NCBI RefSeq assembly: GCF_000181795.1
Contig: NW_003526945.1
Coordinates: forward strand, 4,250,667-4,310,830
Source: Trichinella spiralis
Taxonomy: Eukaryota
Reading direction: 5' to 3'
DNA: 60,164 nucleotides
Below, in pieces: positions 1 through 13,142 of the stretch. The translations under genes were made by a program, and so were the position numbers. The stretch's first letter is position 1. The number at the start of each line of letters is the position of its first letter. Below the pieces are notes generated by a model. The model saw only the letters and a program-made list of their open reading frames with translations, was not told where the DNA came from and did not search any database.

Positions 1-3000
1 AAGTTTAATAGATAAAAAAGATGGTAATAGTGACCACATTCAATGAAATGCTTGCTTATTAGCAAAGTAAACACTTACAATGGTTACGTTTTGATTTGCA
101 GCAATAAATGAATATTTAACAGCAATAAATTCACGAATTCAATACTATAAATAGTAAAAAATGAAATAATGAGTGGAAATCTAACAGTTTAGATGTCAAA
201 AAATGTGTCATGTACAGAAATTGACAGTCTCCGCTTCGGTTGAAAGAGAGAGTTACAGATGGGTGACTTTCCTGTGGATTAAGATAAGCGGTACCTCAAA
301 CTTTGAGCCCATTTATTCCACACCGACAAAGTAAACTGGGTTAAAACTGCAGAAAACACTATCTTTTATCAATATAAAACTATAACAATCAAAAAGAAGT
401 CGAAATTTTGAAAACAATATTTTCGATTATTTTCACAAAAACAACCAAGTCTATATCCCATGAAATTTTGCAATTTTCCAGAAAAATTTCATGCAACAAA
501 AATTAAGGTAACAAATTTATATCGGTATGAAATTAACCCCTAATTAGTTTAAACATTTCCGGATAGAGTGTGACCGCGTATTCCATGAGATATTCGCAAA
601 AAAGTGAAACTGAAAATAAGATTTTAAAGAAGTCAAAATAAAAAGGAATAAGAAATGAAATTTAAATAAAAGTTCATATCGCCTGTTATCATTAAACTGT
701 ACAAGAAAACTTTTGATATTTTCACCGGAAAAAAGGAGTCTATTTTAATAATAATTGTTCCTGATTTTCATTTATGTTACAGGAACATTCAAAATCAAAA
801 TCCATTGTCGACTGAAATTTTTGATGAATTACAATTCAGGGATAATATTATGGAAAATTATCACATTATAAACCTGTTTTCACGCAATATGCCAGTCTTT
901 TTCTTCTATAAATTTCCAGTGCTCAAATAGTCAACTTTATCAAATTTCTAAAAAAATCATTGATTGCGCGTTACTGAAAATTCCATACCTATATTTGGCA
1001 CAGAATTACTTGCACTAATCATAAAATTATTTTACAATATACCTCAATTTCTGAGAAGAATGAAATAACTTTCACGTACAAACCGGTGGATAGTTCTAAA
1101 GATTGGAATAAATGCTATCCATGAGCCCAATAGTTTGAAATGAATTGTGAATTTATTTAATTTCATAGCATCTGTAATGCAGGTTTACCCTGGGCGATTT
1201 CACCTTATACTAATTATGCAAATCAGCATTGCATCGCTGTTACTTAGCGAAAGTAAATTCAAATAGCCACACACTTGGTAATAATCAGAAGTTTAATAGA
1301 TGAAAAAGATGGTAATGGGACCACATTCAATGAAATGTTTCCTTATTAGCAAAGTAAACACTTACAATGGTTACGTTTTGATTTGCAGCAATAAATGAAT
1401 ATTTAACAGCAATAAATTCACGAATTCAATACTATAAATCGTAAAAAATAAAGTAATGAGTGGAAATCTAACAGTTTGGATGCCAAAAATGTCATGTACA
1501 GAAATTGACAGTCTGCGCTTCGGTACAAAGAGAGAGTTACAGATGGGTAAATTTCCTGTGGATTAAGATAAGCGGTACCTCAAACTTTGAGCCCATTTAT
1601 TCCACACCTACAAAGTAGACTGGGTTAAAACTGCAGAAAACACTATCTTTTATCAGTATAAAACTATAACAATCAAAAAACAGTCTAAATTATGAAAACA
1701 AAATTTTCGCCGATTTTTACATAAACAACCATGTCTATAGACCATGAAATTTTGCAATTTTCCAGAAAAATTTCATTCAACAAAAATTAAGGTAACAAAT
1801 TTATATCGGTATAGAATTATCCGGTAATTATTACAAACATTTCCGGATAGATTGTGATCGCGTATTCCTTGAGATATTTGCAAAAGGTGAAACTAGAAAT
1901 ACTATTTTAATGAAGTCAAAATAAAAAGGTATAAGAAATGAAATCTAAATAAATGTGCATATAGCATGTTGTCATTAAATTTTACAACAAAACTATGAAT
2001 GTTTTCACCCGAAAAAAAGAGTCTATTTTAATAATATTTGTTCCTGATTTTTATTTATGTAACAGGAACTTTGAAAATTAAAAACCCTTGTCGACTGAAT
2101 ATTGTTGATTTATTACAATTCAGAGATATGAATTATTCAAAATTAAAAAGTTATTTTTGTGCAATATGCAAGTCTTTTTATTCTTTCAAATTTCAAATGC
2201 TCAACAGGGCAACTTTATCAAATTTCTCAAAAAATCATAGATTGCGTGTTATTGAAAATTTACATACCTATAATTGGCGCACAATTTATTGTAATAATCA
2301 TAAAATTATTTTACTATATGCCGAAGTTTCTGAGAAGCATGGAATAAGTTTCATCGTACAAACTGCTGGACACCTTTGAAGATTCGAATAAATACCGTGC
2401 ATGAGCCCAATATTTTGAAATGAATTGTGAATTTATTTAATTACGTATGATTTGTAATGATTCTTCACCCTGGGGAACAGCATATTGTACTAATTATGCA
2501 AATCACCATTGTATCGTTGTTACCTACGGAAAGTAAATTCAAATAGGCATACGTCTGGTATTAATCAGAAGCTGAATACATGAAATAGATGGTAATCTGG
2601 CCCGCCTTCCATGAAATGTTTGCTTTTTAGCAAAGTAAACACTTACAACGCTTACGTTTTTATTCGCAGAAATTAATGATTATTTAACAGTAACTATTTC
2701 AATAATTCAATTCTATTAATCATAAAAAAAGAAATAATTAGTGCAAATGTGACAGATTCGATGTCAAAAATGTTTCATGTGCAGAGATTGGCAGTCTCTG
2801 CTTCGGTTGAAAGAGAGAATCTGATGGGCAAATTCTCTATGTGTTAAGATGGGCAGCAAACAACTTTAGAAGCCATTTATTCCACAACTGCTGGGTAGTT
2901 TCTTTTGAAATTCTAGAAAACACTTTGTTTTATGAATATAAAATTATTACAATCAAAAAAAGTCCAAATTTGGAAAACACATTTTTTCGCCGATTTTCGC

Positions 3001-4640
3001 AAAAACAACCAAGTCTATAGCTCATGAAATTTTGCATTTTCGAGAAAAATTTTTTTCTCCAAAAATTAAGGCAACTAATTTATATCGCTAGAGAATTATT
3101 TGCTAACGGTTATGAAATTATACCGACAGCTCCTGATTAGGTATTTGTTGAGATATACAAAAAAAGGTAAACTGAAAATAGGATTATAACAAAGTCGAAA
3201 TGAAAAGGAATTAAGAATATTAATTAAATAAATGGAAATATCGAATGGTGCCATTAATTTTTACACCAAAACTATGAATTTTTTCACCCGTTAAAAGGAA
3301 TTTATTTTAATAAAAATTGTTCCTGATTTTCATTAAAGCAACAGAAACTTTCAAAATTAAAATCTTTCTTCACTGAGTATTTTTGATTTATTACAATTCA
3401 GAGATGTGAATTATCCAAAATTAATGCATTAGAAAGCTATTTTCGTGCAATATGCAAGTCTTTTTATTCTACAAATTTCAAATGTTCAATCGGGCAACTT
3501 TATCGAATTTCTCAAAAAATCATTGATAGTGGGTTATTGAAATTTTCCTACCTATAATTGGCAAAGAATTACTTGCACTAATCATAAAATTATTTCACAA
3601 TATGCTGTACTTTCTGAGAAGCATGGAATAACATTCACCGTTCAAACCGGGGGATAGTTCTAAAGATTGGAATAAATGCTATCCATGAGCCCAATAGTTT
3701 GAAATGAATTGTGAATTTATTTAATTTCATAGCATTTGTAATGCAGGCTTACCCTGGGCGATTTCACCTTATACTAATTATGCAAATCAGCATTGCATCG
3801 TTGTTACTTAGCGAAAGTAAATTCAAATCGCCACACACTTGGTAATAATCAGAAGTTTAATAGATGAAAAAGATGGTAATAGGGACCACATTTAATGAAA
3901 TGTTTGCTTATTAGCAAAGTAAACACTTACAACGCTTTCGTTTTCAATTGCAACAATTAATGTTTATTTAACAGTAATAATTTCAGAAATACAATTCAAC
4001 TGATCTTAAAAAAAGATGCATTAGTTGAAACCTAACAGATTCGATGTTAAAAATGTTTTATGTACGGAAATTGGCAGTCATTGGTGCCGTTGAAAGAGAG
4101 ATTCTGATGGGCAAATTCTCTATGTATTAAGATATTCAGTGGACAACTTTAGAGGCATCTATTGCGCAACTATTGGGCAGTTTCCGATTAACCAGTCCAA
4201 AGCACAATCATTTATCAGTGCGGAAATCTAGCAATCAACAAAGTCCAAATTTTGAAGAAAGATATTTTGCCTATTTTCGCAACAACAACCTAGTGTGTAG
4301 CCCACGAAATTGCGAAATTTTCGAGAAAAATTTTCTTCTCCAAAAATGCCCGGAAATGATTTTAATCGTTTATAATTGATTTGTGGACAATTATGAACAT
4401 ATTCGTACTGTTCCTGGTTCCATATTTCTCTAGATATTACGCTAAAAGTGTGCAAATTTCCTGTGTATTTATTTGCAGGGGCAAAGTGTCAACTTTAGAG
4501 GCCGCTGATTCCACAACTACTTGTCGGTGCTCCAAAAATTAGGGGAGATGATGTGAGTCGATCACAATCGATTGCAAAACTGCCATAAAGTTGTCCGCAC
4601 AGTTCTGAATTCTGTATTTCTTGAGATATTCCTGAAAAAA
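1..4640. repeat. Tandem array of ~1.28-kb units (3 full periods plus a degenerate fourth; runs off the left edge)
   Basis: The anchor AAG(T/C)T(T/G)AATA(G/C)AT..A.A.AGATGGTAAT recurs at 1, 1289, 2569 and 3853 (spacings 1288, 1280, 1284), with colinear similarity throughout. It decays into fragments at ~4200-4640. No conserved ORF. Confidence 0.95.
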
Positions 4641-5512
4641 CGCAGAAACAGTCTTTTTAATGGTGCTGAAAAGTTAAAGAAATGAAGCATGCATTCTTCA
4701 TGCATTGCTTTTTTCTTTATTTCGCAATCGAGATGTTTGAATTAGTGAACAACATTTCGAACGTTTCAAATAATGTCCATGAGAATCACTCTTCTGTGGG
4801 TGATGAACTCCAATTATTTGTCATGTGTGATGATTTTTGAATCTGAATCTTATCCTCGTTGTCAGTATTGTCTACCTCAGTTATGTGTATACCGTCAGCG
4901 CAGGATAAATATTTATTCAGCCAGATAAGAATGCAGAATTATCATGAAGAATTGTAACATTTATGAATGTACGCATCTTTGACAGAGGCAACGTACTTTT
5001 GCTCAACGACTTTTCGTTTTCTGCTGTTGCTCATTTCCGCAAATTGAATGTTTGCTCATCTGTTGACCTGGAGGAACGGATGACAATGCTTCTTCTCTGC
5101 GAGACGTCACGCTCATGTTTGGTGGCTGGCGTAACAACTGCTTGGTGGTGAATTAATTTCAGCGCACTAATGAAAATCTTAGCACTTTACTTCTCCGCCC
5201 GTGTGATGGTCTCATTTTTGTAAAAATGTTATATTTAATGTTTAGATTTTGAGTGTGACAAGTGAAAAAAATAAACTGCGAAATTTATTGCATAACTAGC
5301 TGTGATTCTCACTTTGCAGCTACGAAATTTACAACACGTTCAACTTTACGCGAAACTTTTATTAATTTGATCACAGCACGTGCCAATTCTTTTTCTTTTG
5401 CGTGCTAATAACAGACACATAATTTTTTCCAAAAGCGAACTAATAATTGGCAGCTAATATTAAAACATTTCAATTAAATTACGCTATGAAAAATGTAGTC
5501 ATCTGGGGGAAC

Positions 5513-8500
5513 TTAAAGTGCAACTTCTGAAAAGTGTCGTTTATCCATGCAACAGTTTGCGCAATCTTCCGCGTCCAAGCTATGCAGTGATGTGGTCGGT
5601 AGTTGTGACGGTACCATTAGACAGTGTAAACGCTGAAACATGGGCAAAAAGATGCAATCAGTTTATAAATTTACTTTTTCATAATTTACTGATTTTATTG
5701 ATCCTCTTTTTCGAACCAACGCTTGAATGATATAGATTCTGCAAGGAAAATCATTTTACCATAAAAATAAATGTGAATAGTACTGTACGTACGGTATGCA
5801 AACAATGGACGACAACCGAATTATCCAACCCAGTATCAGAGACCATTCTGGATATTCATAATTGTTCAAAGTCAGTGGCTTAAGTTGTACAGTGGCAAAA
5901 ATGAGAATCATCTAAACAAGCCAAGACCTAATTCTCATTTGCAAAAAATGCTATCACAAGCGCATTTCATTACGGAAACAATTGCCGGGCAAACTATAAG
6001 CCAACAAAGTTTCAGAAAGCGACTAGGTTTGACGCCTAGCATTTCTTCCACATCATCTGCAAACTGCTTAATTCCTAAAACGTTTCCTTTTAAAATTCTT
6101 ACAGATTGCAAAACAAGTTTTGTCTACTGCACCATATATATAGCTGATTGTTACTGTTTCTGCCATGACAACAATTAACACTGGATAACTGACAGCATAG
6201 TGATCAAGATATTCAATAAGGTAATTTCCTCCCTTGAAAAGAGAAGAAATAATCAACTGATAAAGAAACCTCCCAAACGCGTACGTAAGTCACTGTTGGC
6301 AAGCTGAGGAAGAACATGGCGATCATGAAAAACATTGCAAAAACTTTTCGATTTTTTTCAAGAACAGAAGGATATTCATCACAGAAAGCAGTAAGAATTG
6401 CTTCAAAACCAGCAAACTGTGAAATAAATTAGAAAGGCAAAATATTTAAGAAATATTACAATAATTACTTACAGTACTGTCAACACCCAAGGTGACAAGC
6501 ATGACGAAAAAAATAACAGACCAAATAGGTGCCGCTTTCATAGTTGATATAGCTCTTGGATAAACGATGAACACAAGTCCAGGTCCTTTAGAAAAAAACA
6601 GAAAACCATGAAATAAATCATTTTCTGCACATGAATGAGTATTCACACCTCCCGTTTCGGCCACTTCGGCAATGTCCTTATTCAAGCAGTCGGCCATATA
6701 TCCCAGTACAGAAAATATTACCAGACCAGATAAAATGCTTGTCAAGCTATTTATGCAACCTGCCACAATAGCATCTCTAAGAGAAAAAAACAAAAAATAA
6801 TAACATTTTTGATATAAAAATGGAAATATTGGATAACCTGTAAAAGTTGTTCCGTCTTGAATTGTAACTAGCAAGCGCAATTAATACTCCAAATCCTGGT
6901 CCCAGTGAAAAAAATATTTGTGTTGCAGCATCGATCCAAACCTACAGCATTATAAAATATTTTAAACCAAAGTAAAGCACCAATGAATTACCGTTAAAGT
7001 TAAAGTTCATTTGAAGAATGCTTAATTTCAGCAAAAACTGTAAACACAACACCAGCTAACATTTTTCATTTTTAAATGCATGAAAGACGAATTGTTCAGT
7101 TTCATATTTACATTTGATTTAATAATTGTTTTACAATACGCACTTTTTACACGTTAAAATTAAAGAGGTAAAAATTTGAAACCACATCCAATTACACTGT
7201 AGCAGTCGAATGATGAAAAATTGTAAAACAGTTACATGAAAAAAAGTTTAAGGTTATTGCATTATGTGCTAAGCATTGGAATTGAACGATAAAAATGAAT
7301 TAATTATGCAGTTGAGGAATATTTATGTTTTAAAAAAATGATGCTATTTTCGTTTAAAAGACTAATAAAACTGAGATAATAAAAAGGTTACTTCAATATT
7401 GAGCAGCTTGCTCCAATCTGGCATGAGGAAGTATTTAATGCCAGCCTGTGATCCCGGCAATGTGCAGCTATGTGCAAGCAAAGCGAACAGCGCAACATAG
7501 GGAACCGTTGCAGTGAACCACACTGCCTGAAATTGTTAGAAATGAAATTGAAAGCAACGGTTGGAAAATTCCCTTCACGAATATTCACTTTGCCTGAACT
7601 GAGCGGTCCTCTCCAGATGGCAAAATAAACAATTGTGTAGATGACAAGCAGGCAAAGCAAAAGAGGCCATCTGATATTGCCCAAATTTTCCAAACCATCA
7701 GAATTTTGTATTTCCAAAACTCTTCGTCTTCAATTTGCAAAGGAAGTTATTTAACAACTTGCTCGAACAAGTTGAAACTTACAAAAAGAACTCTTCAGCT
7801 GCATTTGTGTAATTGCTAGATGCATTTCCCAATGATACGTTCGCATTGTCGGGTACACAGTTTTCCGTATTCCACACGTTGTCGCAAGATTGCCAAGGAA
7901 AAGGCCATTTGAACGAACTGCTAAGGTAGAACAATGCCCAAGATATTATCGTGTTATAAAAGCAACCCATGTAGACATCAATCAAACATGTTGCATATCC
8001 GACGCCTATAAAATTGATCAAATAAATAATTTACTTGTCAAATATTTCAGTAAACAACAGGGAAAAACCTTTAAAAAGTGGTACCAGTCGTTTCCATATG
8101 GAAATGCATCCGCATCGATGAAATTGTCCCAATGCCATTTCCATATAAAACAACGGAAGTCCACAGAAGATGAACATAACAAAGTATGGGACCAGAAAAG
8201 CTCCTGAAATTCGGGGTGCATATGAAATTTTCATTTTAAATTATTATCATTTTTTCAATCAATCATTTCATCAAAATTGCAACAACACAACAGCGTCATA
8301 AAATTAGTAAAGCGACATTGGTTGTTGCGCATGCGTTCGGAATGGAAACTTTCTCGCCTGGTGAGCAGAGCAAACTTATCAAGAAAAAAACACTGTTAGC
8401 ATAGTTGAATGGAAGATAAAATTGATAAAACCTTCTTTTCACCGACAAACAGAAGAACCAACCGGAGAAAAATGATATCTGGTTTCTGAAATTGTTTCTA

Positions 8501-9355
8501 TCAGTGTGGATAAAGATACAAAATGAAAAAATACCATCCCATTGCCCCATCGAACCACAACCAATTTTACTTTTTCAAATTTATCACATTTGCAATATTT
8601 CATTTTACTGAAAACGGCAAACGCAAAAATAGTAAACGTTGTTCATTCATATTATATTAGAAAAAAGACACACTTAAACAATCGTACGTATATTTGAAAT
8701 AGCCAAATGATAATTTATTTGAAAACAAATGAAAAAGAGCATAAATCATCTTCTCCACATCTGATCGTTTTCCCCATGTGATAAATGGAATGATTTATTT
8801 AATGGAAAATGGAGTTTTTTTTCACACTGCTGCATCATAACGTGGATTTATTATTATTATTATTATTATTTCTGTTGCAGACATTTTACGTTTTGCACGT
8901 GCAAATTGTTGCAATGAAATAAGCATTGTTGAAAACGTTATTTTCCTATCGTTCATACCAAACTGACATTGGTGGTTATTATTCTGCACCGAATTTGAAT
9001 ACCTCGTGAAAACAACAACAAGTGGAAATCAAATTTTACAATTTTTCAAGGAACCATGTTCGCTGAAAAATTGTTGAAATGGATAAGTTTGCATTGAAAT
9101 AATGCGATTAAAAATATGAAAAAGAAATAAATTCTAACAACACAACAACAATTATTATTATTTTGATAAAAGAGAATATGTATGAAATAAAAATTTACCT
9201 CCACCATTTCGATAGCATATGTACGGAAAGCGCCACACATTGCCAAGATCGACAGAAAAGCCAATTATGGCCAACAGAAATTCCACCTTGTTGGCCCATT
9301 CAAGGCGTTCTTCACTGGCACCCGCTGCAGCCAGACGTTTTCTCAATCTTTTCAT
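5513..9355 (-). CDS. mod-5: SLC6 Na+/Cl- dependent monoamine transporter, serotonin-transporter type (multi-exon)
   Basis: Exons encode [26 protein letters not shown] (TM1 Asp of monoamine transporters), [64 protein letters not shown] and [12 protein letters not shown]. The last exon ends HFSEVAL* at 5513. GQFHRCGC and FFSLGPGFG are SERT-type signatures. The start is uncertain. Confidence 0.88.
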
Positions 9356-9837
9356 TGGATTAGATCAAAAAAGCAAAACACAAAATAATAACCAAACGAC
9401 AAAACGAGCAGAGTGCGGTGGAACAAGTTGCAGCTTCACAAGTCACAATTAGCCTTGTGTGACTTGATGTCGTCGGCTCTGTGGCTTGTGGATGAGAAAT
9501 TCGATTCTGAAACTTCAGAGCTGGCGAAGAAACGACGACGTTATTCGAACTTGTGGATCACAGTGCGACGAATTATGTGGAAGGAGAGGGGGGTATTTTT
9601 TGGCTGTGGGTCGAGAAAAGTTGGCGAAATTTTATACGTCCGCTGGTCGTTCTGAGAAATGCTGCAGATGCGTTTTCAAAAAATCGAAACTGCCCCCACA
9701 TAGCCTCTCACGAGAACGCATACGGATGCTTGGATTTTACTTATTTTTTTATGTTTCACTTCTCATTGTTTATTTTACTTCCTCTAATTTGTGTTCCGTG
9801 CTATATAATATATATGAGCTATAAAAAGACAAGAGAA

Positions 9838-9841
<4 letters not shown>

Positions 9842-9883
<42 letters not shown>
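9842..9883. repeat. (TAA)14 microsatellite
   Basis: Read directly from the sequence. Confidence 0.95.
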
Positions 9884-9884
<1 letters not shown>

Positions 9885-10639
9885 GGCAATTCGAATTGGT
9901 TTTTGTGAAATACAACCGTTTAAGATGAGGTGACGTCAACTGTGTTATTCACTGCTTGCCGCCGGAATGGAACGATCACGTTGGTCAGCGGTTCATTTAG
10001 CATGATCGGCTTTTCTTATTTGAACAATCAGCATGGTCATGGATGACCCTTTCGGAAATTCGAAACCAAAAATCCTGCCCGTGCAGACGATCTTCTGTTT
10101 GTTCAAAGTCAAAGTTGACAATCGAAAAGTGAAACACCACCGTTGTTGGCCTAATTGGCCGGTTGATTTGTCGTAAAATTAACTTTATCCCCCTCTCCCC
10201 TACAACCATCACACGAGTTTCTGAAGCTAAACAGATCAATTTTTATATCATGCATTCATTGGCGTCCACGCACACAATAACCAAATGATCTGTCCAAGTA
10301 TTACGCATCTGGTGTTTTTCTCGCTGTTCTACAGAAAATAATTTTATTAATCCCAACGAACAATAAATAAACCCACGTCCATGAAACATGTACAAAACGA
10401 CAACAATAATGACAATACATAAACCGTCTCTCTGCATAACACTGACTTCTGAGAACAACTACTGTTCAACATTTTCTCTTCGATATCTGTAATACAAATG
10501 TAATAATGCATTGCAAATGACTATAAAACAATAAATAAACATGTACATGTATACATATATACATATATCTGTATGGATTAATGAAAATCTGCTCATCTTG
10601 CATCGGCATGATTAAGCAAGCAGCTGTGCCATATCGTTT

Positions 10640-13142
10640 TCAACGCGCACCTCTGGATCTCGTCGGTGCTCTGCGTCGCCTGGCCGCCATGCCCCGCCTT
10701 CCGGCCGTGGTCGCGCTCTTGCCTCCTGAAACAAAAAAGCGTATTTCGACGAAATATCCAGTAAAACCTGAACACCACCACCACCATTACCTCTGCGCCT
10801 TCTCGTTTCGGTGGTCCTGACGGAACGGCATACGGGCGTGGTCATTTTCGCGGCCGTTTCCCTCTTCTTGCCGGCCGGCACTGGTTCAGCCTTAGTGGCC
10901 GCGTCTTTGTTCGCATCCGGCAGCGTCTCTTCGGGATTCTCTATATCGGGCGCGATTAATATCAAACGCAACGAGTCCATCCCATCTTCGTCGCTGAAAT
11001 CCAACAGACAACAAAGAGCATAGCAAAAAAACAACAACTTGCATTGGTTGAGCACAATTACCTGCTGTAGCCGAATTCTGAAAGCTTCTGATCAATGACG
11101 GTCAAATCGACTTGGTCTTCACAGTTTACATCTTAAACCGACGCGTGTGATAGATAGGTAAAATTAAACAAACAAATTTTCTTATTCACATTCCCATCCC
11201 CCTCTCCTGAAAACATACTCTCAGTCTCTGGAATGCTTCGATCTTCGTCTTCGACGTCGAACTCGGACTCGCGTTCTTCGTATTCAATATTCTCGTCCAA
11301 CTCCTTGAAGTCCGGGGCAAAAGCGCTCCAATTTTCCGTGGGGCTCTGCGACCAGAGCAACAGCTTGCCATTGGAAATGGAAAAAGCCGCCGCCCGGGTC
11401 GGGTGCCAAATCAAATCGGCTACCTGTTCCCCTTTCGAGCCTTGCAGAATCTTCACCAAGCTTCCGTTGTTCCGTTCCCATATGTAAAGCGAGTGCGAGC
11501 CACTGCTGCCGGCGCAAATGTATTCCGCGTCACCACTGAAACGACACACCTTCCAAGAAGTCCTGAAAAAATAAAATTCATAATTTTCCCATTCATCCCA
11601 CAGAACAACAAATGCAAAACTTTCCCAATTCTTAGTACTTTATTCATATTTCATTTCATTTATTTCAAGTGAATTAAAGTAAAAAATCTCGAAAACAAAA
11701 CAAAATTACGATACTAATGAAGGGAAATTTCTTCCAGATTTAGTATAATATCGGAAATAGCAGTGCAAAAGGCTTAGGTAGAATTTATGCAACGACAATT
11801 TATTAACAGTTCACCTGTTCACTGAATCTTGCACTTTTTGATTCGGCAAAACAGTACCGTCTACACCTGCTTCGAGAACTGTGCTCAACGTGAATACTCG
11901 AATGATGCGATCATTGGAATTGGTTAAGAAGAAACTGAAATTTTCACAACAATACATACAGTGAAGCATATTAATGAAAAAATGTTAAAGAAAAAGAAAA
12001 AAAAATATATATATACTCACTCCCCACGAGGAGCAACAATCAAAGTGCGAATTGGATGATTACCAGTGACGACAAACGAAGCAATTAATGATAAGGATTC
12101 CACATCGTAAACCATCACCTAAATTGAAAAGCAGCAGTCGAATTCAGCTTCAATAACAATGAAAATAAAATTAAAATTACTTTTCCTTTATTGTTGCCGC
12201 AGATTATACGGTTTCCAGATTTGTCGAAAGAGGCCACAATACCAGAAATTTCAGTGGTATTCTTTTCAGTCTCTATAGGAATAATAGTGCGTTGGTCGTC
12301 AATGGTCATCAAAATTGGCATGTGTTGCAAAAAACAAATGAGATACTGATCCCTGAGCATTGTTGTTTCAAAGTTAGGAAATAAAAGTTCAGTTTAAAAA
12401 AAACTATCAAAACAACGCACTTTTTCACTGGATGCATCTGAATGTCGTTCACAATTGATGGCATAGAAAATTTCTTAACAGTTTCACCAGCTACTACATC
12501 ACTGACCACAATTGTTTCGTCAAAACTTGAAGAAAGCAAATATTTTCCATCTCGGCTCCAGCTAAAACAGAATATAAAAATTATGCAGTCTTAAAAAAGC
12601 AATAAGAAAATATACAAACCTAACTGCAGTGATGGCATGCATATGGGTGACATATTTTTTTACCATACGTCTAGTGACAAAATCGTAAATCACTAAGTAA
12701 CCATCGTTACAGCCGGCTACAACTAAGGTGCCCCAACGATTAAAGCGACACGTTAAAGCCAAGTGGCCGGAGTCCAGTGATGTTTCAAGTTCTTCAGGAT
12801 AACACTGCCCAAAAGGTTCAGCTGAAAAATTCAATAACACAAATTATGCTACTTAAAATTTAAAAAATTAAGAAAATCAATTTATACTTGCTACAGTAAT
12901 TCATACCTGCATTTCATTAATTACAAAAATAATATATCACTGTTTTTCATAATGCAAATAATAACCTGGCTGTCTGATGCCGCTAACGATTTAGAAACAC
13001 ACAATTTGAATGAATTTTTCAAAACAATTCAAAAATCACTAAAATGATGATCAATCTGAAAGTACATAACTGTAAAGCAACCAAAGAAGTTTTCAAAATC
13101 AAAACTAGCTTCACTCGATCGAGCAACAGCAACAAACATCAT
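10640..13142 (-). CDS. RBBP5: Retinoblastoma-binding protein 5 (COMPASS/SET1-MLL WD40 subunit), multi-exon
   Basis: EPFGQCYPEE..LTCRFNRWGTLVVAGCNDG, CRFSGDAEYICAGS, LYIWERNNGSLVKILQG, ENWSAFAPDFKELDENIEYEERESEFDVEDED and SSDED..LIAPDIENPEE all match RBBP5. Coding is well supported from 12821 downward. Exon 1 (ATG 13142, phase-1 donor) is tentative. Confidence 0.92.

Noticed and set aside
495..830. AATTAAG|GTAAC plus AATTTTTG in the satellite as a possible spliced-leader RNA gene
   Set aside because: The Sm-like site is ~300 nt from the donor, the donor is GC in copy 3, and there is no recognisable leader or stem-loops.
2038..2379. 113-aa ORF in the satellite
   Set aside because: Not preserved in the other units, has a non-ATG start, and has the composition of AT-rich noncoding DNA.
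9553..9933. 126-aa ORF with a poly-Ile tract
   Set aside because: The poly-Ile comes from the (TAA)14 microsatellite and the ORF is otherwise featureless.
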